DNA of 64,000 nucleotides from an uncultured Gemmatimonadaceae bacterium (GCA_963716745.1 OY970320.1:736001-800000); one strand, 5' to 3'; shown: positions 45,701-55,579, counted from the first letter of the stretch. Translations and numbers: made by a program. Notes: generated by a model from the sequence alone, not told the origin.

Positions 45701-45769
45701 CGTTTTCTGTGACCCGTTGACTGTAGACTGTCGACTGGCAGTCACTCGTGACTGTTTGCTGTTTACCGC
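45701..45769. repeat. Family A single arm
   Basis: CGTTTTCTGTGACCCGTTGACTGTAGACTGTCGACTGGCAGTCACTCGTGACTGTTTGCTG. Confidence 0.88.
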
Positions 45770-47608
45770 CCTACCCGCTCAATGTCCTCCCCAAGAAGCC
45801 GCGCCGCCTCAATAGCACGAGTAACCCCCTCAGCCCCTCCCGCCCCCGCACTCAACCGCAGCAAATCCAATCGCAGATTTTCGAGCGCCGCAACAACCGA
45901 ACTCAATCTCGCCTCCGCAACAGTCCTCGCCGCCTTGAGATCCGTAACCAATTCCTCCCCCCTTCCACCCGCCCCGCGCGCCAGCCGAATTCTTCGCCTC
46001 CGCGATCGACGAATCCAACTGCTCGATCCTCGCCCGCGCCGCCTTCGCCTGCGCCTCCAATCCCCGCAACACCGCCGGCACGTCCCCGAGCTGCTTCTTG
46101 GTCTCCTTAGACAAACTCCCGAACATCGCCTCCGCCGAAGAACTGATCGCCATCTCCGTCGGACGGTTCGCCGTCGCCGCGACCGCGCGAGTGCCGAGCC
46201 TCCAGCCCGCGATCCGCGCGAGGATCCGCCCGCCGCGCCCCTCCCAGAATTGCAGCCAGCGCGATGTATTCTCCCGCAGCCGCTTCCAGCGCTTCGACAA
46301 CACGGTGAAGATCGTCCCCAGCCACAACGTACTAACCCCGATCCCCACGATCGCTGCTGTATGCAGCACGGCATTCGACGCGATCAATCCCGCGCCTCCG
46401 ACAAGTCCCAATAGGCCGATGAGGCGAATGATCTTCTCCTTCGCCCCGGTCGTCGGCCCGTTCTCGAAGATGAATTCATCTCGCCGGTGCGCGACGCTCA
46501 CGCGCAATCCCGCCGCGATATCGTCCGGTCCATAGCCGAGCCGCAACAACCGCCGCAACCTCGCGATCACCACGCCCAGTGGTACCGCGAACGCCACCGC
46601 CACCTCGGCCGCAATAATCAGCGGCACCCAACTCTCCCAGCGCGCAGCGAACATCACCGATGGTCCCACCGAGATGATCACGATCGGCGCTATCACCAAC
46701 TGCACCATCCGCCGACGGTCCAGGAACACCCTTATCGGCACCGGCACTTCTTCACTCTTCGCCAGCGATGGACTCAGCGCCTCCGCCAACGCCTCGCCAC
46801 GATCGAACCGGTCCGCCGGATCCTTCGCCAAACACTTGTCGATCGCCATAGCAATGTGTCGCGGTACCCCGCGCGCCGTCTCAGTCACACTTGGCGGGAT
46901 CTTCGTCACCTGCTGCGCGATGATCGCGTGCGCGGAATTCGCCGTGAACGGCAGCGCGCCGGTCATCATGTAGTAACCCACCACGCCAAGCGAATAGAGA
47001 TCGCTGCGCCCGTCCACCGGCTCGGCGGTCGCCTGCTCGGGACTCATGTACTCCGGCGTGCCGAGCACTTCGCCCACCGCCGTCTCGCCGCCCGCCTGCG
47101 CGAGCCGCGCGATGCCGAAGTCGGTCACGAGCGCGCGACCGCTCGCGCCATCGATGAGGATGTTCGCGGGCTTGATGTCGCGATGCACCACGCCCTGCCC
47201 GTGCGCATACGCGAGCGCCCACGCCACTTCGCGCAAAATGCGCGACCCTTCGTCCGGCTTCATCGCGCCGCGCTTCGCGATGAGCCCGCCGAGCGTCTCG
47301 CCCTCCACGTACGTCATCACGTAGAAGACGAATCCGCCGATCTCGTCGACCGAGTGGATGGGAACGATGTTCGGATGCGACAGCCGCGCCGCCATGCGCG
47401 CTTCGCGAATGAAGCGATCTTTCAGCCGCGCATCACTCGCGAATTCCGGCGGCAAGAGTTTGATCGCCACCGGCCGGTCAAGCCGCACTTCGCGCGCGAG
47501 ATACACGACTCCCATGCCACCACGGCCCAATTCGCGCTCGAGGGAATAACGACCCACAAGCGCCGCCTGAAAATCCACGAACAATTGGTCAAACTGGGAG
47601 TCCGGCAT
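45763..47608 (-). CDS. Hanks-type Ser/Thr protein kinase with TM helices and C-terminal coiled coil (frameshift near 45970)
   Basis: LGRGGMGVVY, VAIK, HRDIKPAN, DFG, GTPEYMSPE. Confidence 0.92.
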
Positions 47609-47628
47609 TACCTCCTCAGGAGCGCACT

Positions 47629-47770
47629 CGAACCGCTGACGGCGGGGTTGGTACCGCGAGGGGCGCGCTTGGCGTTGGCGTTGGGAACTGCGAGCTCAAT
47701 GGAGGTCGCAGTTCCCAACGCCAACGCCACACACGCCGGCAGCGGTACCAACCCCGCCGTCAGCGGTTCG
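47629..47770. repeat. Long palindrome with TTGGCG hexamer units
   Basis: CGAACCGCTGACGGCGGGGTTGGTACCGC ... GCGGTACCAACCCCGCCGTCAGCGGTTCG. Confidence 0.88.
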
Positions 47771-47779
47771 ACGCACGCC

Positions 47780-48835
47780 TTACGCAGTTTCCCCAGCCTT
47801 CACCCAATTCGTGAGTAGAGTGTAGGCCACCGCCAGCACCACCGGTCCCACGAACAACCCAATGAGCCCGAGCGAAAGCAACCCGCCGATCACGCCCGCG
47901 AATATCAGCAGCAACGGCAGATCCGCTCCCTTCTTGATCAACAATGGCTGCAAGAAATTATTGATCGACCCCGCCACCAACGCCCACACGAGCAGGAACG
48001 TCCCCCATCCCGATCCCTGCGCGTTGTAACTCCAGATCACCACCAAGGCCATCACCGGCAGCGGCCCGATCTGCGCCACGCACAGCACGAACATGATCGC
48101 CGTGAGCACGGCCGTGAACGAAACGCCCGCGATCCAAAGTCCGATGCCCGCGAACAACGCCTGCACGATCGACGTGACCACCACTCCCATCGCCACGCCA
48201 CGGATCGCGCCGCCCGCGAGCGCGACGGTCGACTCTCCCTGCTCGCCGCCAAGTCGCTTCGCGAATGCTTTGAGTCCCCGCACCGCCGTCTCGCCGCCCG
48301 CGAACATCACCGCCGCAATCGCCACGGTCAACAGGAATTGCACCAAAAACGCCCCCAGATCACCCGTTTCGGCGGCGAGCCATCGCGCGACGGTGGTGAC
48401 ATACGGCTGCATCTTCTCGATGAGCGCCGGCGCGCCGAGCGCGACGTTGGCATTCCATTCCTGCACCGCCTTCTCGCCGACGACAGGGATCTTCGCGACC
48501 CACGCCGGTGCGGGCGGCAGCTCGCTCGATGGCAGTTTGTCCACGAAGGCTTTGACTTCGTCGACATTGCTGGCCACTGCGAGCACGGTGAGCCCCACCG
48601 GGAGCACGACCACCGCGAGCAAGCCGAGCGTCATCAGGGTGACGGCGATCCACCGTTTCTTGAATGCCCATCGCTCGAGCGCTCGCATCATCGGCCACGT
48701 GGCGACCACGATCATCACCGCCCAAATGATGGCGCCGACGAACGGCCGCATGATCCAGAACGCACCCACCGTGAGCGCCGCAATGAATCCGACGCCGAGT
48801 ACGGTGCGGACGAGGTCGTAATCTTGTTTGGGCAT
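47780..48835 (-). CDS. ydiK: AI-2E family transporter (YdiK-like)
   Basis: WAVMIVVATWP, AIRGVAMGVVVT, LPLLLIFAGVIGG..GLIGLFVGP. Confidence 0.85.
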   Translation of the reverse strand: MPKQDYDLVRTVLGVGFIAALTVGAFWIMRPFVGAIIWAVMIVVATWPMMRALERWAFKKRWIAVTLMTLGLLAVVVLPVGLTVLAVASNVDEVKAFVDKLPSSELPPAPAWVAKIPVVGEKAVQEWNANVALGAPALIEKMQPYVTTVARWLAAETGDLGAFLVQFLLTVAIAAVMFAGGETAVRGLKAFAKRLGGEQGESTVALAGGAIRGVAMGVVVTSIVQALFAGIGLWIAGVSFTAVLTAIMFVLCVAQIGPLPVMALVVIWSYNAQGSGWGTFLLVWALVAGSINNFLQPLLIKKGADLPLLLIFAGVIGGLLSLGLIGLFVGPVVLAVAYTLLTNWVKAGETA

Positions 48836-48903
48836 AGGGCGCTCGCGGGAGGGAGTTCGACGCGCGAGCAAAGGTAATGCGCCGTCGGCTTAACGGCTAA
48901 TAA

Positions 48904-48930
48904 GTGCATCGTGCATCGTGCATCGTGCCG
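48904..48930. repeat. Heptamer tandem (GTGCATC)x3; related palindrome at 31536-31615
   Basis: Directly visible. Confidence 0.75.
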
Positions 48931-48954
48931 CGTGCCTCGGCACTGCGCCGCCGT

Positions 48955-49707
48955 TCAGGGAGTCGTCTCCGCCTCCAACGCCGAGATCGTCCTCAGATCT
49001 CTCGATTGTTCCGCCACTGGCATGCTCATGACCGCGCGGTACATCGCGCGCTCCGCCCAGCATTTCTCCGCAGCCGACGCATTCTTTTGGTCCCCCACGA
49101 TCTTGCTCCATTTCCCGAACGCCGAATCGCCGAGCACTTCCATCAGATCGTTGCCGAGCTGCAGCTGGTCCTTATTCGTCGGCACCGCGGGCGCCGGCGC
49201 GTTGCGCAGCTGCGCTCCCGCCGCCTCCGCGTTGAGCCGCGTGAGCTTTTCGAGGCTCACCGAATCCAGTCCTTCCAGTCCCGTGCCGAGTGCGGGATCG
49301 CCGGGGGCGCCGGAATCCTTCACATTGCATGAGGCGGAATCCTGCTGGAACATGACGAGGAGCAATTTCGCGCGTTCGATCAATTGCGTGCTGTCGAGGC
49401 GAGCGACGCCGAGTGGGGTGAGCGAGGCCGTGAGCGATTCGGCTTGTTCGGGGGACATTCCGTTGGCGATCAGCGCGAGCGTATCAGAGATCCGCGCGTA
49501 GTCCAGCGCTCGCGCGGTGAAACGCTGGGTGCGGTTCGCGGGGAGCGTGGCGGATCTGATGTTCACCGTCTCGAAATTATGCGAATAGGTGCGAACGAAC
49601 GCGCGCGCGAGGAGCGAGGCGAGGATCGCGGTGAGCACGCCCAGCAGGATGAGACTGCGCTGGAGGGTGAGGAATTTGTCGGGGCGGAGCTGTTCGGAGA
49701 GTCGCAC
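48955..49707 (-). CDS. Hypothetical membrane-anchored protein
   Basis: N-terminal TM helix, 250 open codons. Confidence 0.6.
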   Translation of the reverse strand: MRLSEQLRPDKFLTLQRSLILLGVLTAILASLLARAFVRTYSHNFETVNIRSATLPANRTQRFTARALDYARISDTLALIANGMSPEQAESLTASLTPLGVARLDSTQLIERAKLLLVMFQQDSASCNVKDSGAPGDPALGTGLEGLDSVSLEKLTRLNAEAAGAQLRNAPAPAVPTNKDQLQLGNDLMEVLGDSAFGKWSKIVGDQKNASAAEKCWAERAMYRAVMSMPVAEQSRDLRTISALEAETTP

Positions 49708-49799
49708 GTACTACTGACTGGAGCGCGGAATCGGCCGTAACGGCGGCGAAATCGGGGGATGTACGGTTTCGGCAGATTGTGGGACCGGCACTACGAATA

Positions 49800-49892
49800 C
49801 CGTCGTTTGCGAGTAGAAGCCGTCGGGACTCTTGAGTCGAGTGTAGATACCGCATTTAGAGAGTCCCGACGGCTTCTACTCGCAAAAGACGG
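49800..49892. repeat. Long palindrome
   Basis: TTTGCGAGTAGAAGCCGTCGGGACTCT ... AGAGTCCCGACGGCTTCTACTCGCAAA. Confidence 0.88.
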
Positions 49893-49928
49893 CGTAGGTA
49901 GCGCCAGTACCTGGTCCTACTCTCTCCG

Positions 49929-51242
49929 CTACGCCACTACTACCGTCTTTATGTTGACGAACTCGCGGATGCCGAACGCGCCGAGTTCTCGTCCGTAGCC
50001 CGATGATTTGATACCGCCAAATGGGAGGCGTTGGTCGGAGTGGACCGCATCGTTCACGAATACCGTGCCTGCTTCGATGAGTTCCGCGGCGATCCGCTCA
50101 CCGCGGTCGGAGTCGCGCGTAAGAATGGCGGCGCCCAGTCCGAATTCGGAGTCGTTGGCGAGTTCGATGGCGTGGGATTCATCGCGGGCGCTGATGATGG
50201 CGGCGACGGGGCCGAAGAGTTCTTCGGAGTAGGCGGGCATTCCGCGGGTGACGTTCGTGAGGACGGTGGCGGGATAGAATGCTCCTGGTCCGTCGGGGAT
50301 CTTGCCGCCCAGCAAGCATTTCGCTCCGCGCGCGATCGATTCCGTGACCTGGCGGTGCAATTCCGTGCGGAGATCGAGTCGCGCCATGGGGCCGAGTTCC
50401 GTGGCGGGGTCCATTGGATCCCCCATGCGCGCGGCCTTCATTCGCGCAATGAATAGCTCCGTGAATTTGTCCCGGATCGATTCCACGCAAATGAAACGCT
50501 TCGCCGCAATGCAGCTTTGCCCGTTGTTCACGAGGCGCCCTTTCGCGGAGATCCCGGCCGCCTGCTCGAGGTCCGCGTCGGCGAGCACGAGATACGCATC
50601 CGATCCGCCCAACTCGAGCACCGTTTTCTTGAGCATCGCCCCGGCCTTCGCCGCCACCGCGCGGCCCGCCCCCGCGCTCCCCGTGAGCGTCACCGCGCGC
50701 ACGAGCGGATGCTCGATCACCGCCGCGACTTCAGAATTCGAGATGAGCAGCGTGCGAAAGAGATCCTTCGGGAATCCCGCTCTCCGGAACAGTTCCTCCA
50801 GCGCCATCGCGCACTCGGGAACGTTCGCCGCGTGCTTGAGCACCGCGCCATTCCCCGCCATGAGCGCCGGCGCCGCGAAGCGGATCACCTGCCAGAAGGG
50901 GAAATTCCACGGCATGATCGCGAGCACCACGCCCAGCGGCTGGAACGTCACGAACGATTTCGATGCTTCGGTCGGAATGACCTCTCGCGCAAGGAATCGC
51001 TCCGCGTTCGTACTATAGTAGTCGCAGCAATTCGCGCATTTGATCGCTTCCGCGCGCCCGTCGCGCACCGGTTTGCCCATCTCGCGCGCCATGAGGCGGG
51101 CATACTCATCGGCCCCCTCGCGCAGCAACGCCCCCGCCCTTCGCATCGCCGCGCTACGCGTCGCGAAGGACGATCTCCTCCACTCGCGGAACGCTCCATC
51201 CGTCGCGTTGATGATCGTACCGGTGTTAACCGACTGCGCCAT
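49929..51242 (-). CDS. NAD(P)-dependent succinate-semialdehyde dehydrogenase (Sad/GabD1-like)
   Basis: IMPWNFPFWQ, LTGS, LELGGSD, GQSCIAAKR, PFGGIKSSGYGREL. Confidence 0.92.
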   Translation of the reverse strand: MAQSVNTGTIINATDGAFREWRRSSFATRSAAMRRAGALLREGADEYARLMAREMGKPVRDGRAEAIKCANCCDYYSTNAERFLAREVIPTEASKSFVTFQPLGVVLAIMPWNFPFWQVIRFAAPALMAGNGAVLKHAANVPECAMALEELFRRAGFPKDLFRTLLISNSEVAAVIEHPLVRAVTLTGSAGAGRAVAAKAGAMLKKTVLELGGSDAYLVLADADLEQAAGISAKGRLVNNGQSCIAAKRFICVESIRDKFTELFIARMKAARMGDPMDPATELGPMARLDLRTELHRQVTESIARGAKCLLGGKIPDGPGAFYPATVLTNVTRGMPAYSEELFGPVAAIISARDESHAIELANDSEFGLGAAILTRDSDRGERIAAELIEAGTVFVNDAVHSDQRLPFGGIKSSGYGRELGAFGIREFVNIKTVVVA

Positions 51243-51305
51243 TGAGTCCGATCCGCAGTTGAGTCCGCCCGCAACAGCCGACAGCCGACAGCCCGCCCTC
51301 CGCCT

Positions 51306-52442
51306 TTATTGTACCACGCGGTATCTCACCGCCATCCCTTCCTCATTGTGGAACGAGATGTGGCAATGGAACAGCCAGATTCCCACGTCGTCCGGCGTCA
51401 TGTTGGCGACCGTCATTTGCATGGGACCGAGGAAGGTGACGTCCGTGCGCATGCCCGCGATGAGCACCGTATTGCCGTGCCAATGCGGCGAATGGAAATC
51501 GAAATCGCTCGTACTCGCCATGAGGTACCACCGCACGCGCTCGCCTCTCTTGATCGTGAGCGCCTCGAGCGGCATGCTGCCGCGGATGAAGCCGTTGATC
51601 GTGAACTTCACGTACCATGGGTAGATCGTTTCCGGGTGCGATGGATTGGGCGCGGGCCCGCCGAGGCTGCGAATCGTGTCCTTCGGAAAGAAGTTCTCGT
51701 CAGCCAGCCAGCTCGCTTCTTCGTCGCTCTGCTCGAAATCGGTGACGATCTCGCGGTCCACGTCGGCCGGCGAGCCATCCGCGCGTGCTTTGCCGGGTGC
51801 GGTGATGATCATCGCGCCCATGAGTCCCGTGTTGATGTCGCGCACTTCATCCACGTGCGAGTGGTACATCCACATCACTGAACTGCCATCCATCGGCCCC
51901 GGCCCCGCGCGCTCGGGCACGAGCCACACGTAGGTGTACGTCGCGCCCGGCGCCACCGCGTCGTCGCGCTTGTCGGCCGCGCTCGTACTGTCGTTGTACG
52001 GCACGCCCTCGGAGTTCTTCGGGTAGAACACGCCGTGCGGATGCACGCTGTACGGCCGGTTCGCGTTGTTCCGGAAGACGACGCGGATCGTGTCGCCGAC
52101 CACCGCATGGATGAGCGGTCCGAGGAAGCCGAGGTGCTCCCACTGCGGCTTGCGCGGCCTGAGCGTTCGGAACGTGCTGTCGGTGTACTCGCGATAGAGC
52201 ACTTTCTTGTACGCCGTACTCACCGCGCGCGGCGGGCCCTTTCCGAAGAAAGCGGAATCGACGTACGGCACACCCGCGATCTCATCTCGGCCGCCGGGCA
52301 CGTAGTCCCACGTCACGTTATCGGCGGCGATGTAGAACGTGCGAGTCTGCGGGCGCGCGACGGCGTGCTGCGCCGCGCCGCTGGCGGCCGGAAGTCCGAA
52401 CAGCACTAATGCGGTGATCACCAAGAAGCTGGAACGGCGCAT
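51306..52442 (-). CDS. Two-domain multicopper oxidase, ceruloplasmin-like
   Basis: SVHPHG, WMYHSH, HSPHWHG, HCHISFHNEEGM. Confidence 0.9.
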   Translation of the reverse strand: MRRSSFLVITALVLFGLPAASGAAQHAVARPQTRTFYIAADNVTWDYVPGGRDEIAGVPYVDSAFFGKGPPRAVSTAYKKVLYREYTDSTFRTLRPRKPQWEHLGFLGPLIHAVVGDTIRVVFRNNANRPYSVHPHGVFYPKNSEGVPYNDSTSAADKRDDAVAPGATYTYVWLVPERAGPGPMDGSSVMWMYHSHVDEVRDINTGLMGAMIITAPGKARADGSPADVDREIVTDFEQSDEEASWLADENFFPKDTIRSLGGPAPNPSHPETIYPWYVKFTINGFIRGSMPLEALTIKRGERVRWYLMASTSDFDFHSPHWHGNTVLIAGMRTDVTFLGPMQMTVANMTPDDVGIWLFHCHISFHNEEGMAVRYRVVQ

Positions 52443-52496
52443 ATCGCGTCTCCAAAACAGAATTGAATGCCAATGTCCCACGAGGCCCCGCGGCAT

Positions 52497-53107
52497 TCAA
52501 CTTGAGCCGAGCCAGCCCTTGCGGCGTTGAATGTCCCAGCGCTTTCTCGAGCGCATCGATCGCCTGCAAAAGCTTGTTATGCTCGGCTTCCGCTTGCACG
52601 AGTGACTGTTGCTCATGCGTGATCTGGAGCTCGAGTGCGCTCTTCTGCTTGGCCGCTTCGCTCTTGGGGTCGGTTGACGGCGGAATCCCTTGCAGCTGGT
52701 TCGTGAGCGTCTTGATCTGCCCCTCGAGTGCCTGGATCACCGCGGCGTTCTCGCTGAGGCATGCGACCAGAACGCTCAGCTGGAGCGCGGCAGCGTCCGC
52801 TGGTTCCAGCTGCTGCCCGGTGAAGCGGCTCAGCACCGCGTTCTGCGCCGCGACCTCCTTCGCTTGTGCCGACTTCCCGCTCTTGGAAATGCTGGCCGAG
52901 GTCCGCGAGAGCCACGCGCTCACCGCGGGCGTAACCGACCGCAATACCTGGGAGCGCACCGCTTCCGCGTTCGTTGACGCCGTCCGCACCGTGGCTGACG
53001 CGACCGGGGGCGCCGCGGCGGTCGCGGCCCTGCTCTGCGCCTGGATCGAAGTCCCATGCACCACGACGAGGATCGCAATGAGCGTGCCGTCGAGCAATGG
53101 AGCGCAT
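52497..53107 (-). CDS. Hypothetical secreted coiled-coil protein (ends approximate)
   Basis: Signal-like N-terminus, Ala/Gln-rich heptads. Confidence 0.5.
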
Positions 53108-53181
53108 GACATTGGAGCACCGCCTGCGAGAAAGTATGCGCTGAGCATTGGCCCCGATCTCACCTGCCGCAAGCTCCGCGG

Positions 53182-53741
53182 TCAGATCCTTGTCAGTCCT
53201 TCGAAGAACTCCGGCAACTCGATGATCAACGATCGATGCCCGCCGCCGGCGCCCACTCCAGCCGGCCATCGATCTCCTCGGGCCTCGTGTCATCCGGCCG
53301 CCACCGCGAGACCAGGCGCGCGTCAATGTCCACGATCCAGTACTCCGGCACGCGCTCACGCTGGAACAGGCGCCGCTTCACCGTGCGATCGGCGCGCTGG
53401 CTGCTCGGGCTCAGGATCTCCACGGCGAGCAGAAGCTTCACCTCGTTCCAGTCGCGTGGCCTCCGCCCTCGAACGGAAGCGACACGAAGACATCCGGCTG
53501 CACGAGCGTACGCGGTCCGAAGACGATATCGGCCGGCGAGAAGAGGGCGAAGCCTATCTGATGGGCGTGCACGTACTCGCTCAGGAGCGCGCCAGAGTTC
53601 TCCTACCGCGCTTGATGCAGGAAGCCGCGGCGCCGGATTCACGAACAGTTCGCCGTCGATGATCTCGTAGCGATTCCCGTCCTCCGGAAGCGCGTGGACC
53701 ATCTCCACGGTCCAATCCGTAGCTGCGTGCGGCATGGCCAT
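53182..53741 (-). CDS. Uma2 (DUF820) family PD-(D/E)xK endonuclease-like protein (frameshifted)
   Basis: RYEIIDGEL, VQPD, LAVEILSPSS, VPEYWIVD. Confidence 0.85.
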
Positions 53742-53829
53742 ACTATGGTGACCTCGGCGCCGAGTGGGCAAGAGTGCATCGCACACTCTGGCGCCGGCTC
53801 GCGTCCGGTGCGTCATCGATCCGACGCTT

Positions 53830-54011
53830 GGAGTGGGGAATTCCTGCTGGACCAACGGAGGGCGACGTTGGACGTTGGCATTCGTGGATTCGTGTTGCGT
53901 GGTCGACTGGGTACTGGACCGCCGTGTCCCAATGGCCACGCAATCCACGGAATACACGCGCGCTAACGTCCAACGTCGCCCTCCGTTGGTCCAGCAGGAA
54001 TTCCCTACTCC
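53830..54011. repeat. About 180-bp palindrome overlapping the HDAC stop codon
   Basis: GGGAATTCCTGCTGGACCAACGGAGGGCGACGTTGGACGTT and reverse complement. Confidence 0.88.
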
Positions 54012-54971
54012 GTGACCAGCGTCCGCACATGCGACAGCACCAGCCCCGGGTACGTCTCCAGATTGTACCCACCCGCCGGGAATGAAACGATCCGCCCGCC
54101 GCAGTGCTCGTTCGCGTAGTCCATCACGAGGCGCGTGAGCTCGGGGTAGATCTCCTCAGTGAGCCGCAGTCCGCCCACCGGATCATCGCGATGGCCGTCG
54201 AAGCCGGCGGTGATGAGCACGAGGTCGGGCTCGAAGCTTATGGACTGGAGCCCGCGGCGGAATTCGCGCAGGAACACATGGTCCACCGTGCCGGCCGGCA
54301 CGTTCACGTTGAGCGTTCGTCCCTGCCCCGCGCCGGTGCCGCGTTCGGTCTCGTGGCCGCTGTACGGATAGAACGCGCCGAACTGATGGATCGAGTAGTA
54401 GTACACCGACGGGTCGCTGCTGAAGATCGCCTGCGTCCCCTGGCCGTGATGCACGTCCCAATCGATGATGAGCACGCGCGCGAGACCGTGGCGCTCTTGC
54501 GCGTAGCGCGCGCCGATCGCGGTGTGATTGAACAGACAGAATCCGCCGCCGCGCGTGGCGTACGCATGGTGATCGCCGGGGCGCGCGATGAGGAAGGCGT
54601 TGCGCGCGCTGCCTGAGACCACCGCGTCGATCCCCTCGCACACGGCGCCCACCGCGAGCGCGGCCAAGTGATAACTGTTGGAGCGAATGGCGGTATCTGC
54701 GTTCACGATGCTGAAGTCATCACCACGCGCGCGCGTACCCTCGGCGTAGTCGCGAATCGTATCGACATACTCCGCCGGGTGCACCAATTCGATGATGTCG
54801 CGGCTCGCCGGCTTCGGCGCAATGAGATGGTACGGCAATCCCGGAGCCTTCGATCGCGCGCCAAGTCTCGGCCATGCGCGGCCCGGCCCACGGATCCTCG
54901 ATCTCGTCGCGCGGCTCGCCCGGCTCGGCGAAATCAGGGTGCCAGAGAGCGACCGTGGCGGCATCACTCAT
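54005..54971 (-). CDS. Histone deacetylase family (acetylpolyamine amidohydrolase-like; frameshift near 54870)
   Basis: RPGDHHA, GGFCLFN, DWDVHHG, AGFDGH..DP, GGY. Confidence 0.9.
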
Positions 54972-55188
54972 CGAGCGCCGCCTTGATCCGCAGGAGAACC
55001 TGCTCGATCATCTCGCTCGTGTCATAAGATTTGTAGTGGTAGTCCCCTTGGTGACCGCGCAGCGCAATGCCCGCGCGCTCGAGCGCCTCGTGCGCTTCGA
55101 TCAGTGCGACGCGGAGAAGCTCCGCTTCAGCCTCGTCGCTCCGCTTCTTCGCATTCTTGGCGCCCAATGACCCGCTGGCCCGCTTCAT
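54964..55188 (-). CDS. Hypothetical protein
   Basis: Coupled by ATGA overlap with upstream ORF. Confidence 0.5.
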   Translation of the reverse strand: MKRASGSLGAKNAKKRSDEAEAELLRVALIEAHEALERAGIALRGHQGDYHYKSYDTSEMIEQVLLRIKAALDE

Positions 55189-55394
55189 TCGGATCTCACC
55201 GGCAGTCCGCGCACGCGCACCTCCGCGCGTCGCGGCGCGAAGAGGTCTATGGTCAGGATGTTCCCGAGCGCGAGCCACTCCGCCTTATCATAGTTGGCTG
55301 CGTCGCACGCCTTGGTCCAAAGCCGGTGGAACAGATCGTGCGCATTTTCAGCGCGAACGCGCGGATCGTCGGAGATCCGGGAAATCGGTGTCAT
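55185..55394 (-). CDS. Hypothetical protein
   Basis: MTPISRISDDP...LFHRLWTKAC; overlaps next start. Confidence 0.5.
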   Translation of the reverse strand: MTPISRISDDPRVRAENAHDLFHRLWTKACDAANYDKAEWLALGNILTIDLFAPRRAEVRVRGLPVRSE

Positions 55395-55579
55395 CTCGGG
55401 TTTCCTGGTGAGGTTGATGACAATAGTACTCGCCCCATCTGACAGCGCCCCGATGCGCCGATGGCCGATGCCCAATGGCCAGCTCTCCTCCTAGCGAAAC
55501 AGCTCGAAACGCGCTCCAACGTTTGACCGCGCATTTCCGTATTCTGGCGGCTTCGATCCTCCCCCGAACCGGGTTCCCA

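Noticed and set aside
33490..45769. CRISPR array interpretation of family A repeats
   Set aside because: Arms are inverted pairs kilobases apart, not tandem direct repeats with unique spacers; no cas genes
33490..45769. Canonical integron cassette array
   Set aside because: No intI, no consistent RYYYAAC/GTTRRRY ends, and genes lie in both orientations with their own promoters; kept only as an analogy
51180..51242. SSA dehydrogenase N-terminus seems shorter than usual
   Set aside because: Cannot distinguish natural variation from deletion or assembly error; catalytic motifs intact
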